DNA of 64,000 bases from Nanobdellota archaeon (lineage in GTDB: Archaea; Nanobdellota; Nanobdellia; Pacearchaeales; GW2011-AR1). Shown in pieces: positions 46,850 through 55,181 of the stretch. The position numbers were made by a program, and so were the translations under genes. The stretch lies in NCBI GenBank assembly GCA_038044745.1, contig JBBSZK010000009.1, positions 245 through 64,244 of the forward strand. Direction: 5' to 3'. Positions within the stretch are counted from its first letter, which is position 1. Every line of letters begins with the position of its first letter. Below the pieces are notes generated by a model. It was not told where the DNA came from and did not search any database. It saw only the letters and a program-made list of their open reading frames with translations.

Positions 46850-48595
46850 TTAAATAAGTTTCTGTAGCTGGATTCTGGAAAGAGGAAGATTGTCAACATT
46901 GTTATTATCTCCATTGAACAGATAGGTCTCATCGCAGAATCCGTCTTTCTGCTTGTCTAAACAAGTCTCGCTAAAGCCTGTTCCATCAGGCTTCGCCCAA
47001 TAATTCCCGCCGACAAAGGGGCCACCCACAATATTTGAACTCTTCTGCTTAGTAGTATTTCCATAATTAGACCCAGTTACACCTGCATTATTCCAATTAT
47101 TGAAATAATTATTGTATAGTTTATTCCCAAAGGTAGTAGGGCCATCCATCCGCAACCCTTGAGCGTTAGAATAAATATAATTTTGAGTAAACGTGTTTAA
47201 AGAAGATTCCGATAAATAAAAGCCGTAAGTGTCAATCGATCTCACAGTATTGTTTATGAGAGTATTGTTTCGAGAGTTAGTAAACCTAAACCCGTAGGTT
47301 GCAAAGATGTCTCCGCCATCAATAAGATTATTGGAGAATTTGTTGCTATTTGAATTTTCAGCGACTATGGAAATGTAAATCGATTCAAACTTATTGTCTT
47401 TTATAATATTATTTCCTTGTTTTAAATGCATTCCCCATCCAGGGATATTAAAGAAAGTATTGTTTATAATAAGCCCGCTGGAATGAGTTTTCATGCCCAC
47501 ATCGTAATCTGAAATTATACAATTTTTTACTGTTACTCCTGACTGTAAAACAGTTATCCCCGCAGCGTCATGAGGAGAATAAATATGCGCATAATTACAG
47601 TCCAAGGTAATTCCTGCCTTATTTATCTTAATTCCTTGTGGTAGTCGATAAGAACCTAAGCACAATTTGGTGTCATTCATTATCACAAACCCATCGGTAG
47701 GAGATACGCAGTGCCAACCATCAAATTCAATAAAGGGAAGATGATCTTGATTTTGCTCGTCTATTATGAGCGGGTTATCACAGATGCCATCTCTATCGGA
47801 GTCTCCACAAAACTCATCCCTATTATCGTAATTACTCCAATAATTACCTCCTATAGGAAGAGAGAAATCCCATACATTTCCACCGTTATTGACGACTTGA
47901 ACTTCGTTTTCGACAAAATTATTGTTGTAAACCTCGTTACTTGGAGAAACAATAGATATTCCCCTTTTATTATAGGTTATATCGTTATCCTTGACCTCAT
48001 TGAAACTTGATCCAGAACCTAAAGATACTCCATTTTCATTAGAAAAGACTACATTGCTAATAAAACTATTATTAGTAGACGAATCGACGACTATCCCACT
48101 AGCCTTATTGTCCGAAATATTATTATTTAAAAGGGCAATAGTCTGGGAGTTAGATATTAAAAAAGCGTTAGAGTTATGATATAATGCATTATTAGAGAAA
48201 GTATTATTGCTAGAGCCAGCAATAGATAGGGCATAGTCGTTAGTCGAAAGAACGTTATTAGTTACGAGATTATGTGCAGAGTTATTAAAATAAATTCCTT
48301 GAGAGAAGTTCTCAATCTTACCATATTTTACTGAAAAAGAATCGAATCCATTATTTAGAACTCCCGTACCTTCGCCATTGCCTACAATTTTATGGCCGAA
48401 TAGATTTAAGTAAACATTATTTGCTTGGATTGTCAGGCAAGTTCCACTTGCTGCGATATCGTTCTGTAAAACATAAATTTCATTCTCAACGTCTAAGGTC
48501 TGACAACCGTATAAATTGCGAGCGCTTGTAAAATTTAATATAAATACAAGAAGGAATAAAATAGAAACTAATCTTATCAACCTCATTCGTAGCAC
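46850..48595 (-). CDS. Right-handed parallel beta-helix (PbH1/NosD-like) repeat protein, secreted or anchored
   Basis: N-terminal hydrophobic segment, then many N-x-I/V-x-x-N repeats (NNVLSTNDYALSIAGSSNNTFSNNALYHNSNAF...). Confidence 0.75.
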   Translation of the reverse strand: MLRMRLIRLVSILFLLVFILNFTSARNLYGCQTLDVENEIYVLQNDIAASGTCLTIQANNVYLNLFGHKIVGNGEGTGVLNNGFDSFSVKYGKIENFSQGIYFNNSAHNLVTNNVLSTNDYALSIAGSSNNTFSNNALYHNSNAFLISNSQTIALLNNNISDNKASGIVVDSSTNNSFISNVVFSNENGVSLGSGSSFNEVKDNDITYNKRGISIVSPSNEVYNNNFVENEVQVVNNGGNVWDFSLPIGGNYWSNYDNRDEFCGDSDRDGICDNPLIIDEQNQDHLPFIEFDGWHCVSPTDGFVIMNDTKLCLGSYRLPQGIKINKAGITLDCNYAHIYSPHDAAGITVLQSGVTVKNCIISDYDVGMKTHSSGLIINNTFFNIPGWGMHLKQGNNIIKDNKFESIYISIVAENSNSNKFSNNLIDGGDIFATYGFRFTNSRNNTLINNTVRSIDTYGFYLSESSLNTFTQNYIYSNAQGLRMDGPTTFGNKLYNNYFNNWNNAGVTGSNYGNTTKQKSSNIVGGPFVGGNYWAKPDGTGFSETCLDKQKDGFCDETYLFNGDNNNVDNLPLSRIQLQKLI

Positions 48596-48660
48596 AATAA
48601 TAAAGAGTATTTAGATTTTTTCTTTTATAGTCTTCTTTTATAGATCTTCTGCGGTTGATT

Positions 48661-49797
48661 TTAACACCCTTGATGTTGTCCTCTATCCGAAGTTATCAAC
48701 TTGCCTTCAGAATTAAAATGAGACAAACCATTATGCTCAAAAACATGGTCAATACAACACATATCGGGACGATAATCTAGAATCATAATCTCTCCTGGTT
48801 TTGTATTAACTCTGTCCTTAAGGTCTTGCGGTAGATGACGTTCCATAGCAGCCTGATGCCATTTTAGAACTATTTGTTTAGGATCTGCATGATTAGGATA
48901 AAATCCACACACTTCTAGTTTTCCAAAATCGTGTGACGCAAGTAAGACGCCTTTTTTCTCTAAACCGCTTAGATGTCTTTTTGACTCCTCAACATTAGCA
49001 GAGGCTTCATGCAAGGGTATTCCATATTGTTCAACTTCTCGTACGGGCATGAAAACGGTAAGATAATAAGAAATTATTTTATTATCTAAGAACCTCTGTT
49101 GTAGATCAACCAACGTAGGAACACTATCATTAACTCCTCTAATGATTGCAGGCTGACCCCTTATTTGTACACCTGCTTGTTGCAGTTTTCGTGTAGTCTC
49201 GCCTGAATGTTCATTCATCTCCCCCGGATGGTTAATCTGTGCAATAACGCTTACTTGCTTTCCTTTTCGTTGATTTGTTTCGTAAAAGAAATCAAGCAAT
49301 TGTTCATCTCGTAAGTGTTCTGGATTGTACGCCAGACTTTTAGTTGCGAATCTAACCAATCTTACGCCATCATGGTCTATTAATCTTTTGATGACTTCGG
49401 CAAGCTTCTGCGTTTTAATAAGTGCAGCAGGATCGCCCCCAGTGAATAGAATATTATTTACTTCAGGATGATCGGCTAGATACTCTAAAGCTCTATCAAC
49501 TCTTTGCTCAATAGGAACTCGTTCTTTATCTTCATGTCTAATTTCATTGACCTTATAACAAAACTGACAGTTAGAAACACATCGATCATCTAAATGGAAT
49601 AGTAATGTCGGTTTGTATTTGTGTTGAATAAAATGATCCCCATTATGTCTATAAGAAGCATTTCCATAAGGGTCAAACCTTCCTTTAAAGGGTTTAGAGG
49701 CAATAGGAGGAACAACAACGTTAGTCATTTGAGTTCTATAAGGCTCAGATTGAGAGGCAATAAGATCAGTATAGAATCGAGTCACCTTGAAAGGCAT
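48661..49797 (-). CDS. KamA-family radical SAM enzyme (lysine 2,3-aminomutase-like)
   Basis: HKYKPTLLFHLDDRCVSNCQFCYK (CxxxCxxC in the KamA context), followed by FTGGDP. Confidence 0.75.
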   Translation of the reverse strand: MPFKVTRFYTDLIASQSEPYRTQMTNVVVPPIASKPFKGRFDPYGNASYRHNGDHFIQHKYKPTLLFHLDDRCVSNCQFCYKVNEIRHEDKERVPIEQRVDRALEYLADHPEVNNILFTGGDPAALIKTQKLAEVIKRLIDHDGVRLVRFATKSLAYNPEHLRDEQLLDFFYETNQRKGKQVSVIAQINHPGEMNEHSGETTRKLQQAGVQIRGQPAIIRGVNDSVPTLVDLQQRFLDNKIISYYLTVFMPVREVEQYGIPLHEASANVEESKRHLSGLEKKGVLLASHDFGKLEVCGFYPNHADPKQIVLKWHQAAMERHLPQDLKDRVNTKPGEIMILDYRPDMCCIDHVFEHNGLSHFNSEGKLITSDRGQHQGC

Positions 49798-49935
49798 GTG
49801 AGATTCGCCTAAAGCTTGGGATCGTGCAGACCCTTTTTACAATACTACAATATTTTAAATCTTAAATCGACTGTCTGTATGGAAAACGGACTCAGATCCA
49901 TCATCCTTTAAATAAAAAATTACCGATATACTCCA

Positions 49936-49958
49936 TCTCGACAATACTTATAAATCGC
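49936..49958 (-). repeat. Right terminal inverted repeat of the 10.7 kb island
   Basis: The reverse complement gcgatttataagtattgtcgaga matches 39366-39388 at 21 of 23 positions. Confidence 0.6.
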
Positions 49959-50023
49959 CCCAATCTTAATGTGCTACTTATCTGCTTACAAAAAACCCGC
50001 TCTGTGATGTGCCAAAATGGTTA

Positions 50024-50155
50024 TGGCCCCGACGGGATTTGAACCCGCGACACCTGGATTACCTCAACAAAGATTCTTCATTGTCTTTTTGAGGGACAAC
50101 GGAAATCGCTCTGTTGTAAAAGTCCAGTACTCTAACCGGGCTGAGCTACGGAGCC
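50024..50155 (-). tRNA. tRNA-Lys (anticodon UUU) with 57-nt intron at the canonical 37/38 position
   Basis: Reverse complement GGCTCCG TA GCTC..GAGT A CTGGA CTTTTA [57-nt intron] A TCCAG GTGTC GCGGG TTCAAAT CCCGT CGGGGCC A. The intron ends can pair (CAACA / TGTTG), consistent with a bulge-helix-bulge. The 3' end overlaps the att core. Confidence 0.85.
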
Positions 50156-50194
50156 GTACCGAAAAACAGTTTAGTTAATTTTTAAATGCTCGCT

Positions 50195-50518
50195 TTAAGA
50201 AAAACTTTCTTGCGCCTTGCGTTCAATCATATCCGCAGTTAATGCGCCGGTATGGCGGTCCACGAGCTCACCTTTCTTGAAAAACAACGTGGTCGGAATA
50301 GACATCACGCGGAAACGTCCCGCAAGTTCATACTGTTCATCAACATCGACCTTCCCAAAGTGTATCTTGCTAAGCTTTTCAGCCGCCTTTTTGAACTGGG
50401 GCTCCATCATTTTGCACGGACCACACCATTCGGCATGAAAATCAACAATAGCGTTTCCTTGGGAGATAAACGCATCAAACGACGCAGAGTCAAGCTCCTT
50501 AATCATCTTTCTACTCAC
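50195..50518 (-). CDS. trxA: Thioredoxin
   Basis: WCGPCK active site. 107 aa. Lies downstream of the RNR gene. Confidence 0.9.
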   Translation of the reverse strand: MSRKMIKELDSASFDAFISQGNAIVDFHAEWCGPCKMMEPQFKKAAEKLSKIHFGKVDVDEQYELAGRFRVMSIPTTLFFKKGELVDRHTGALTADMIERKAQESFS

Positions 50519-50592
50519 GTGCTACGATTAATAAATCTTTGTTCGATAGGGTTCGGATAAAAATCTTCAATTATCTTCGCTAAAGGGAGTAG

Positions 50593-53500
50593 TTATTCGC
50601 CGCATCCAGAACGCGTCGTCTGGTTGCACGAGTTACACGTAATCGCGCAGTTACCAATGCGTTTAGCAGGTCCACCACACAGCGGGCAGACAATGCCTTC
50701 ATTGAGTCCGAAATCTTTAATCGTCTTTTGTTCTTCAATCGTTTCAATCTCAGGCATAGTTTTTATTTCGAACTCAACTTTTCCCGCACCCGGGCCAAAA
50801 TTATTGAGCATAAATTGAGCGACATAGTCAACAATTGAACTCGCATTCCGAATGCGAACGGCTTTCTCATCAAGTTCTCCACCGTTAACATTTTTCACAA
50901 ACCCGGCGGGCTCAAACTTTGAGTATCGGAATTTATTGAACAAGATATCGACAGGAATCCCATATTGCAAGTTGAGTGAAACGGAAGTAGCCCACGAGTC
51001 CATAAGTCCCCTAATCGTCGATCCTTGCTTGGACATTGTAACAAAAATCTCTCCAGGCGAACCGTCATCGTACAATCCAACCGTGATGTACCCCTCATGC
51101 CCTGTAATATCAAATTTATGAGTAACTGACTTGCGCGTCTGAGGCAGCCTCCTACGTTCACTTATCGATTCTATGGTCGCTTCTTTCTTTACGCGTTCTC
51201 CTTCGGTCTTTTGTGTGTTAAGGGGCTGACTGCGCTTGCTGTTTTCACGGTAAATCGCTACTGCTTTCAAGCCCTGCTCCCATGCAAATACATACGTTTC
51301 AGCAATATCATCAACCGTCGTATGCTCGGGCATGTTAACTGTCTTGCTAATCGCTCCTGAGACAAACGGTTGCGTAACTCCCATCATCTTAATGTGCCCA
51401 CGATGATGAATATATCGTTTTCCCTTCGCGGCCTTGAACGCGCAATCAAATATCGCTAAGTGCTCATCACGAAGTTCAGCAGCGCCTTCAATCGTGTCAT
51501 TAGCATCAATGTAATTAACAATAGCCTGAATCGCTTCAGGACTGTACCCAAGCGTTTTGAGTGCAAGGGGCACCGAGCGATTGACTATTTTGAGCATACC
51601 TCCTCCCGCAAGTACCTTGTATTTCACAAGCGCAATATCAGGTTCAACACCGGTTGTATCGCAGTCCATCATGAACGCGATAGTTCCCGTCGGAGCAAGT
51701 ACTGTCATTTGCGAATTACGGTATCCATAAATCTCACCCAAGCGTACGGCGTCATCCCAGCAGTCCCACGCCTCGTTAACGAGGTATCGTAAATCGGAAG
51801 GAATCTTATTGACTTCAATCTTCTTAACCGCATCGCGATGCATTCGCATAACTTCAAGCATAGGTTCGCGATTGCGTGCGAATCCGGGGAAGGGCCCCAC
51901 CGCGTGCGCGACCTCTGCGGACATGCGATACGCCTCACCGCACATAATCGCGGTAACGGCCGCGGCAACTGCGCGACCTTCATCGGAATCGTATGGCAAA
52001 CCCAAACTCATCAGGAGTGCGCCAAGGTTTGCATATCCCAATCCGAGGGGTCGATAATCGTGTGAGTTGCGGGCAATCTTAGCAGTAGGATAACTCGAGC
52101 CATCAACAAAAAGCTCCATCGCGAGTGAAAACGTACGAACAACGCGCTTAAATCGCTCGACATCAAACTTGCCCTCTTCCGTTCTAAATCGCATGAGGTT
52201 TATGGATGCAAGATTACACGCACTATCGTCAAGGAACATGTATTCGCTGCAATTGTGAATAGTAATACCATTAGCAACAAAACTATGCGTTATCGGTTCA
52301 GTCAAATCGTATACGGATTGTACTCCTTCATACACGAGGGAAGCCACACGTTCGAAGGGAACGTCCCTATAGCTTTCAACGTGTACATTCAATCTTTCTA
52401 ATGCTTTTTGCTTAGGAGACTCAGACATAAATCCGATAAGCTTTTGAAAGACGTGTCGGCTCGAACGAGAAATACGCAACGAATACATCTCTCGTATGGT
52501 ATATTCTTTAAGTCCTCCTTTTCCATCAGGTAACAATGAAGTCGATTTACCCGCTCGACGATTTTTGTATAATTTACTTCTGATACCAAATCCAAGCAGC
52601 ATAAGTTGCACATCTTTTAGCAGTTGTAAACTAGTTGAATCGAGAGCAACATATTGAGATTTGTCACCATAATTGGCCACGGTTCCATCGGCACTAAACA
52701 ATCCTTGCAGGACATACTTTTGAGCTCCCAGAGGGAGGGCAAAAATAGCATCAGAGAGACATTTTTGATGTGAAAGATTAGAAATGTTTACCAACCGACT
52801 GATTTCTTGTATCAAAGTAGTGTTCGTTACGACATATTTTCCTGACGTTTGTGTAAGTTGTACCGTAGCAGGAGATAATTTATGGGTTTGTCGTTCATAG
52901 TTCTCTGCGACATAGGCCGCAAACTTTTGTAGAATAGATGCTTCCTGCTCTTTATGCATGGTGATCTGTATTCCTCGGTTGGCATTAACAGTTCCGCCAC
53001 ATCCATCCCCTAAATAAACCCCTATCAATTGATACAACGTTTGATCTTTTTCATCAATGGTTTCAAGAGGTGCCACAGCAGAATTAGGTATGAGGAGCAA
53101 ATCATCTTTTGTCAACTCACACGCGGAAACGAATCCTCTATTTACGGTAAACACTTTATGATCTCCCGTTAATTTTAGCTCGTAACCCGATTCGGTGGAG
53201 AGTGTATAAACAGGTTTTTCTCCAGTTTTAAAAGAGCCCTTTATAGCCGACGCTTGAATGAATCCCGTGTTGGTTAAAATAGTCGTTGGTTTTTCAAGAA
53301 GAGAATCGATACGGCGCCATGTTCCATTCTCACTGAGCACACGAGTATCTCCAGTTACACAAGGATTGCTTGCGTTAATGCGCCCACTGTTCTTGCATGT
53401 ATGCCAGGTATTAACTGTCGTGTCAAACTGCACGCCCGGATCACCGCAAATCCAGGTTCCCTCAGCTATTTTATGCATAATCTCTTTTGCCTTGAACGTT

Positions 53501-54582
53501 TCGCAGGGCTTAGCGGTGCTTACAAACCGTGTCTGCCAGTCACCCTCGTGCTTAACCGCTTCCATAAAGCTATCGGGCGCGCGCACCGACATGTTACAGT
53601 TCTGAAACGCAATAGAACTATATGCTTCTCCGTTAAGCCCTCCACTATATCCTTGTTCAATCAAAGCCCATGCTTTTTTCTCCTCTTTCTGCTTGGATTC
53701 AATGAATTCAATAACATCGGGATGGTCGACATTAAGAATTTCCATCTTGGCCGCACGTCGAGTCTTTCCGCCAGACTTGATGATGCCCGCATACGCATCG
53801 TATCCTTTCATAAATGAAACGGGACCCGAGGCACGACCGCCACCCGTCAATTTTTCTTTTGAACTTCTAAGCGGAGAACGATTAGTACCGGTTCCTGAAC
53901 CTGCCTTAAAAAGCATAGCTTCTGATTGTTGAAGGGCCATGATGGAGTCCATATTATCCTCGATGCTTTGAATGAAACACGCAGAACATTGGGGGCGATC
54001 ATCTGATCGCTCGGCGTGCACGATACTATCGGTGGCAGCATCCCACTTCCAGGCAGACACACCGCCCGCATTGCGATCATATTCTTGGTTAGTTCCTGCA
54101 TTAAACCACACGGGAGAGTTAAACACGGCCATTTGGCTAAGGCAGATTGCCGCAACCTCATCGCGCAACCGTTCTGAACCTGCTAAATCCAAATATCCCT
54201 GCTTCAGCGCCTGACGGGCAGTATAACGTGCAACTCGCCCAATAAGTTGCTCAACCGAATGTTCACGTTCGCCTTTCGCTTGATCTCCCCAGAAATATTT
54301 GCTTGCTACAACTTTAATTGCGAGAGGCGACCAAAAGTCAGGGCGTTTAACGTTCGGCTGAACAAAAATAACTTTTCCCATATCATCGGTGACCTTAACT
54401 TCTTCCGTAACCCATGATAAAGGATTACCGTAAATATCGTATTCAAACGGGCTTTTTCCTTCGTACGTGAAAAATCGTTCAAGCACAAGCGGGCGAACCT
54501 GACTTGAGGGCTGAACGCTCGCTCGTACGAGGTCGAACCCGCCGATACCTTCTCCCGATCCTGTTTCGCTTAATGGTTGCAT
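50593..54582 (-). CDS. nrdJ: Class II (B12-dependent type) ribonucleotide reductase, interrupted by one intein; C-terminal Cys4 zinc ribbon
   Basis: RNR core motifs (GSGTGTNRSPLRSS...GGGRASGPVSFM; NASNP-C...-CSEYMFLDD catalytic loop). C-terminal CPLCGG...CAITCNSC. 959 aa without the intein. Confidence 0.85.
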   Translation of the reverse strand: MQPLSETGSGEGIGGFDLVRASVQPSSQVRPLVLERFFTYEGKSPFEYDIYGNPLSWVTEEVKVTDDMGKVIFVQPNVKRPDFWSPLAIKVVASKYFWGDQAKGEREHSVEQLIGRVARYTARQALKQGYLDLAGSERLRDEVAAICLSQMAVFNSPVWFNAGTNQEYDRNAGGVSAWKWDAATDSIVHAERSDDRPQCSACFIQSIEDNMDSIMALQQSEAMLFKAGSGTGTNRSPLRSSKEKLTGGGRASGPVSFMKGYDAYAGIIKSGGKTRRAAKMEILNVDHPDVIEFIESKQKEEKKAWALIEQGYSGGLNGEAYSSIAFQNCNMSVRAPDSFMEAVKHEGDWQTRFVSTAKPCETFKAKEIMHKIAEGTWICGDPGVQFDTTVNTWHTCKNSGRINASNPCVTGDTRVLSENGTWRRIDSLLEKPTTILTNTGFIQASAIKGSFKTGEKPVYTLSTESGYELKLTGDHKVFTVNRGFVSACELTKDDLLLIPNSAVAPLETIDEKDQTLYQLIGVYLGDGCGGTVNANRGIQITMHKEQEASILQKFAAYVAENYERQTHKLSPATVQLTQTSGKYVVTNTTLIQEISRLVNISNLSHQKCLSDAIFALPLGAQKYVLQGLFSADGTVANYGDKSQYVALDSTSLQLLKDVQLMLLGFGIRSKLYKNRRAGKSTSLLPDGKGGLKEYTIREMYSLRISRSSRHVFQKLIGFMSESPKQKALERLNVHVESYRDVPFERVASLVYEGVQSVYDLTEPITHSFVANGITIHNCSEYMFLDDSACNLASINLMRFRTEEGKFDVERFKRVVRTFSLAMELFVDGSSYPTAKIARNSHDYRPLGLGYANLGALLMSLGLPYDSDEGRAVAAAVTAIMCGEAYRMSAEVAHAVGPFPGFARNREPMLEVMRMHRDAVKKIEVNKIPSDLRYLVNEAWDCWDDAVRLGEIYGYRNSQMTVLAPTGTIAFMMDCDTTGVEPDIALVKYKVLAGGGMLKIVNRSVPLALKTLGYSPEAIQAIVNYIDANDTIEGAAELRDEHLAIFDCAFKAAKGKRYIHHRGHIKMMGVTQPFVSGAISKTVNMPEHTTVDDIAETYVFAWEQGLKAVAIYRENSKRSQPLNTQKTEGERVKKEATIESISERRRLPQTRKSVTHKFDITGHEGYITVGLYDDGSPGEIFVTMSKQGSTIRGLMDSWATSVSLNLQYGIPVDILFNKFRYSKFEPAGFVKNVNGGELDEKAVRIRNASSIVDYVAQFMLNNFGPGAGKVEFEIKTMPEIETIEEQKTIKDFGLNEGIVCPLCGGPAKRIGNCAITCNSCNQTTRSGCGE
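52252..53361 (-). mobile_element. Intein (370 aa) with LAGLIDADG homing-endonuclease domain, inserted in the RNR catalytic NPC/SE loop
   Basis: Starts CVTGDTRVL (aa 408). Block B is TGDHKV. LAGLIDADG motifs are LIGVYLGDGCG and VLQGLFSADGTV. It ends VANGITIHN followed by +1 Cys (aa 778). Removal restores ...INASNP-CSEYMFLDD. Confidence 0.88.
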
Positions 54583-54588
54583 AGAGTG

Positions 54589-55029
54589 TTATACTAGTGA
54601 TTTAATTTCTTTTTTGAAGTCAGAAACATCGGTGAAATCCCGATAGACTGACGCAAAACGTATGTAGGCCACCTTATCAACCTTACGCAATTCATGAGAC
54701 ACGAGTTCACCAATAACGGTTGTTTTTATTTCTTTGCCTTTTTTTCGTACACGTTCTTCAATTCGATTTGTCATAGCTTCAATTTGTTCCTCACTCACGG
54801 GGCGTTTCTCGCAGGCTTTATGTATTCCTGTTATTATCTTGATGCGGTCGAACGGTTCACGCCGCCCATCTTTTTTGATAACGCGCAGTTCACTCCATTC
54901 CACTGTTTCTCGGGTCGAGAAGCGTCTGCCACATTTAAGGCATTCGCGTCGGCGCCGAGTAATGGCATCGGTATCCCGCTTATCGGTCACTTTGGTCTCC
55001 GCATGGGAGCAAAACGGGCACTGCATCAA
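54589..55029 (-). CDS. nrdR: Transcriptional repressor NrdR (zinc ribbon plus ATP-cone)
   Basis: MQCPFCSHAETKVTDKRD...RRRRECLKCGRRFST...VAYIRFASVYRDF closely matches bacterial NrdR. It lies 6 nt upstream of the RNR gene. Confidence 0.9.
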   Translation of the reverse strand: MMQCPFCSHAETKVTDKRDTDAITRRRRECLKCGRRFSTRETVEWSELRVIKKDGRREPFDRIKIITGIHKACEKRPVSEEQIEAMTNRIEERVRKKGKEIKTTVIGELVSHELRKVDKVAYIRFASVYRDFTDVSDFKKEIKSLV

Positions 55030-55056
55030 TATCCTCCTTTTGTAACTCTGAAATTA

Positions 55057-55072
55057 ACACAACCTGTTGTGT
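55057..55072 (-). promoter_or_regulatory. NrdR box 1 (16-bp palindrome acacaacctgttgtgt)
   Basis: Arms ACACAAC / GTTGTGT are perfectly complementary. It lies 28-43 nt upstream of the nrdR ATG. Confidence 0.65.
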
Positions 55073-55088
55073 TAAACGCCTCGTAAAA

Positions 55089-55104
55089 ACACAACTGCTT
55101 GTGG
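55089..55104 (-). promoter_or_regulatory. NrdR box 2 (acacaactgcttgtgg)
   Basis: Imperfect palindrome (CACAA/TTGTG). Its start is 32 bp from box 1, about three helical turns, which is the usual tandem NrdR-box spacing. Confidence 0.55.
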
Positions 55105-55181
55105 TAAACCCTTAGATTCTTTTTTAGAACTATTTAAACATTTATGTTCCACACGCATTACTTCATAGCATTTATAAAGAA

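Larger units (their letters stand above)
39283..50035. mobile_element. Integrase-less genomic island (about 10.7 kb) at the 3' end of tRNA-Lys(UUU)
   Basis: 13-bp direct repeats at both ends. Inverted heptamers cattttg (39304-39310) and caaaatg (50013-50019). A 23-nt terminal inverted repeat is 21/23 identical (39366-39388 versus the reverse complement of 49936-49958). G+C is markedly lower than in the flanks. All cargo is accessory. Confidence 0.7.

Noticed and set aside
46828-46932. N-terminal extension of the giant FG-GAP protein overlapping the beta-helix gene by 83 nt
   Set aside because: The internal Met at 46827 is immediately followed by a typical signal-anchor sequence and removes the overlap. 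The extension (MRPICSMEIITML...) has no signal-like logic.
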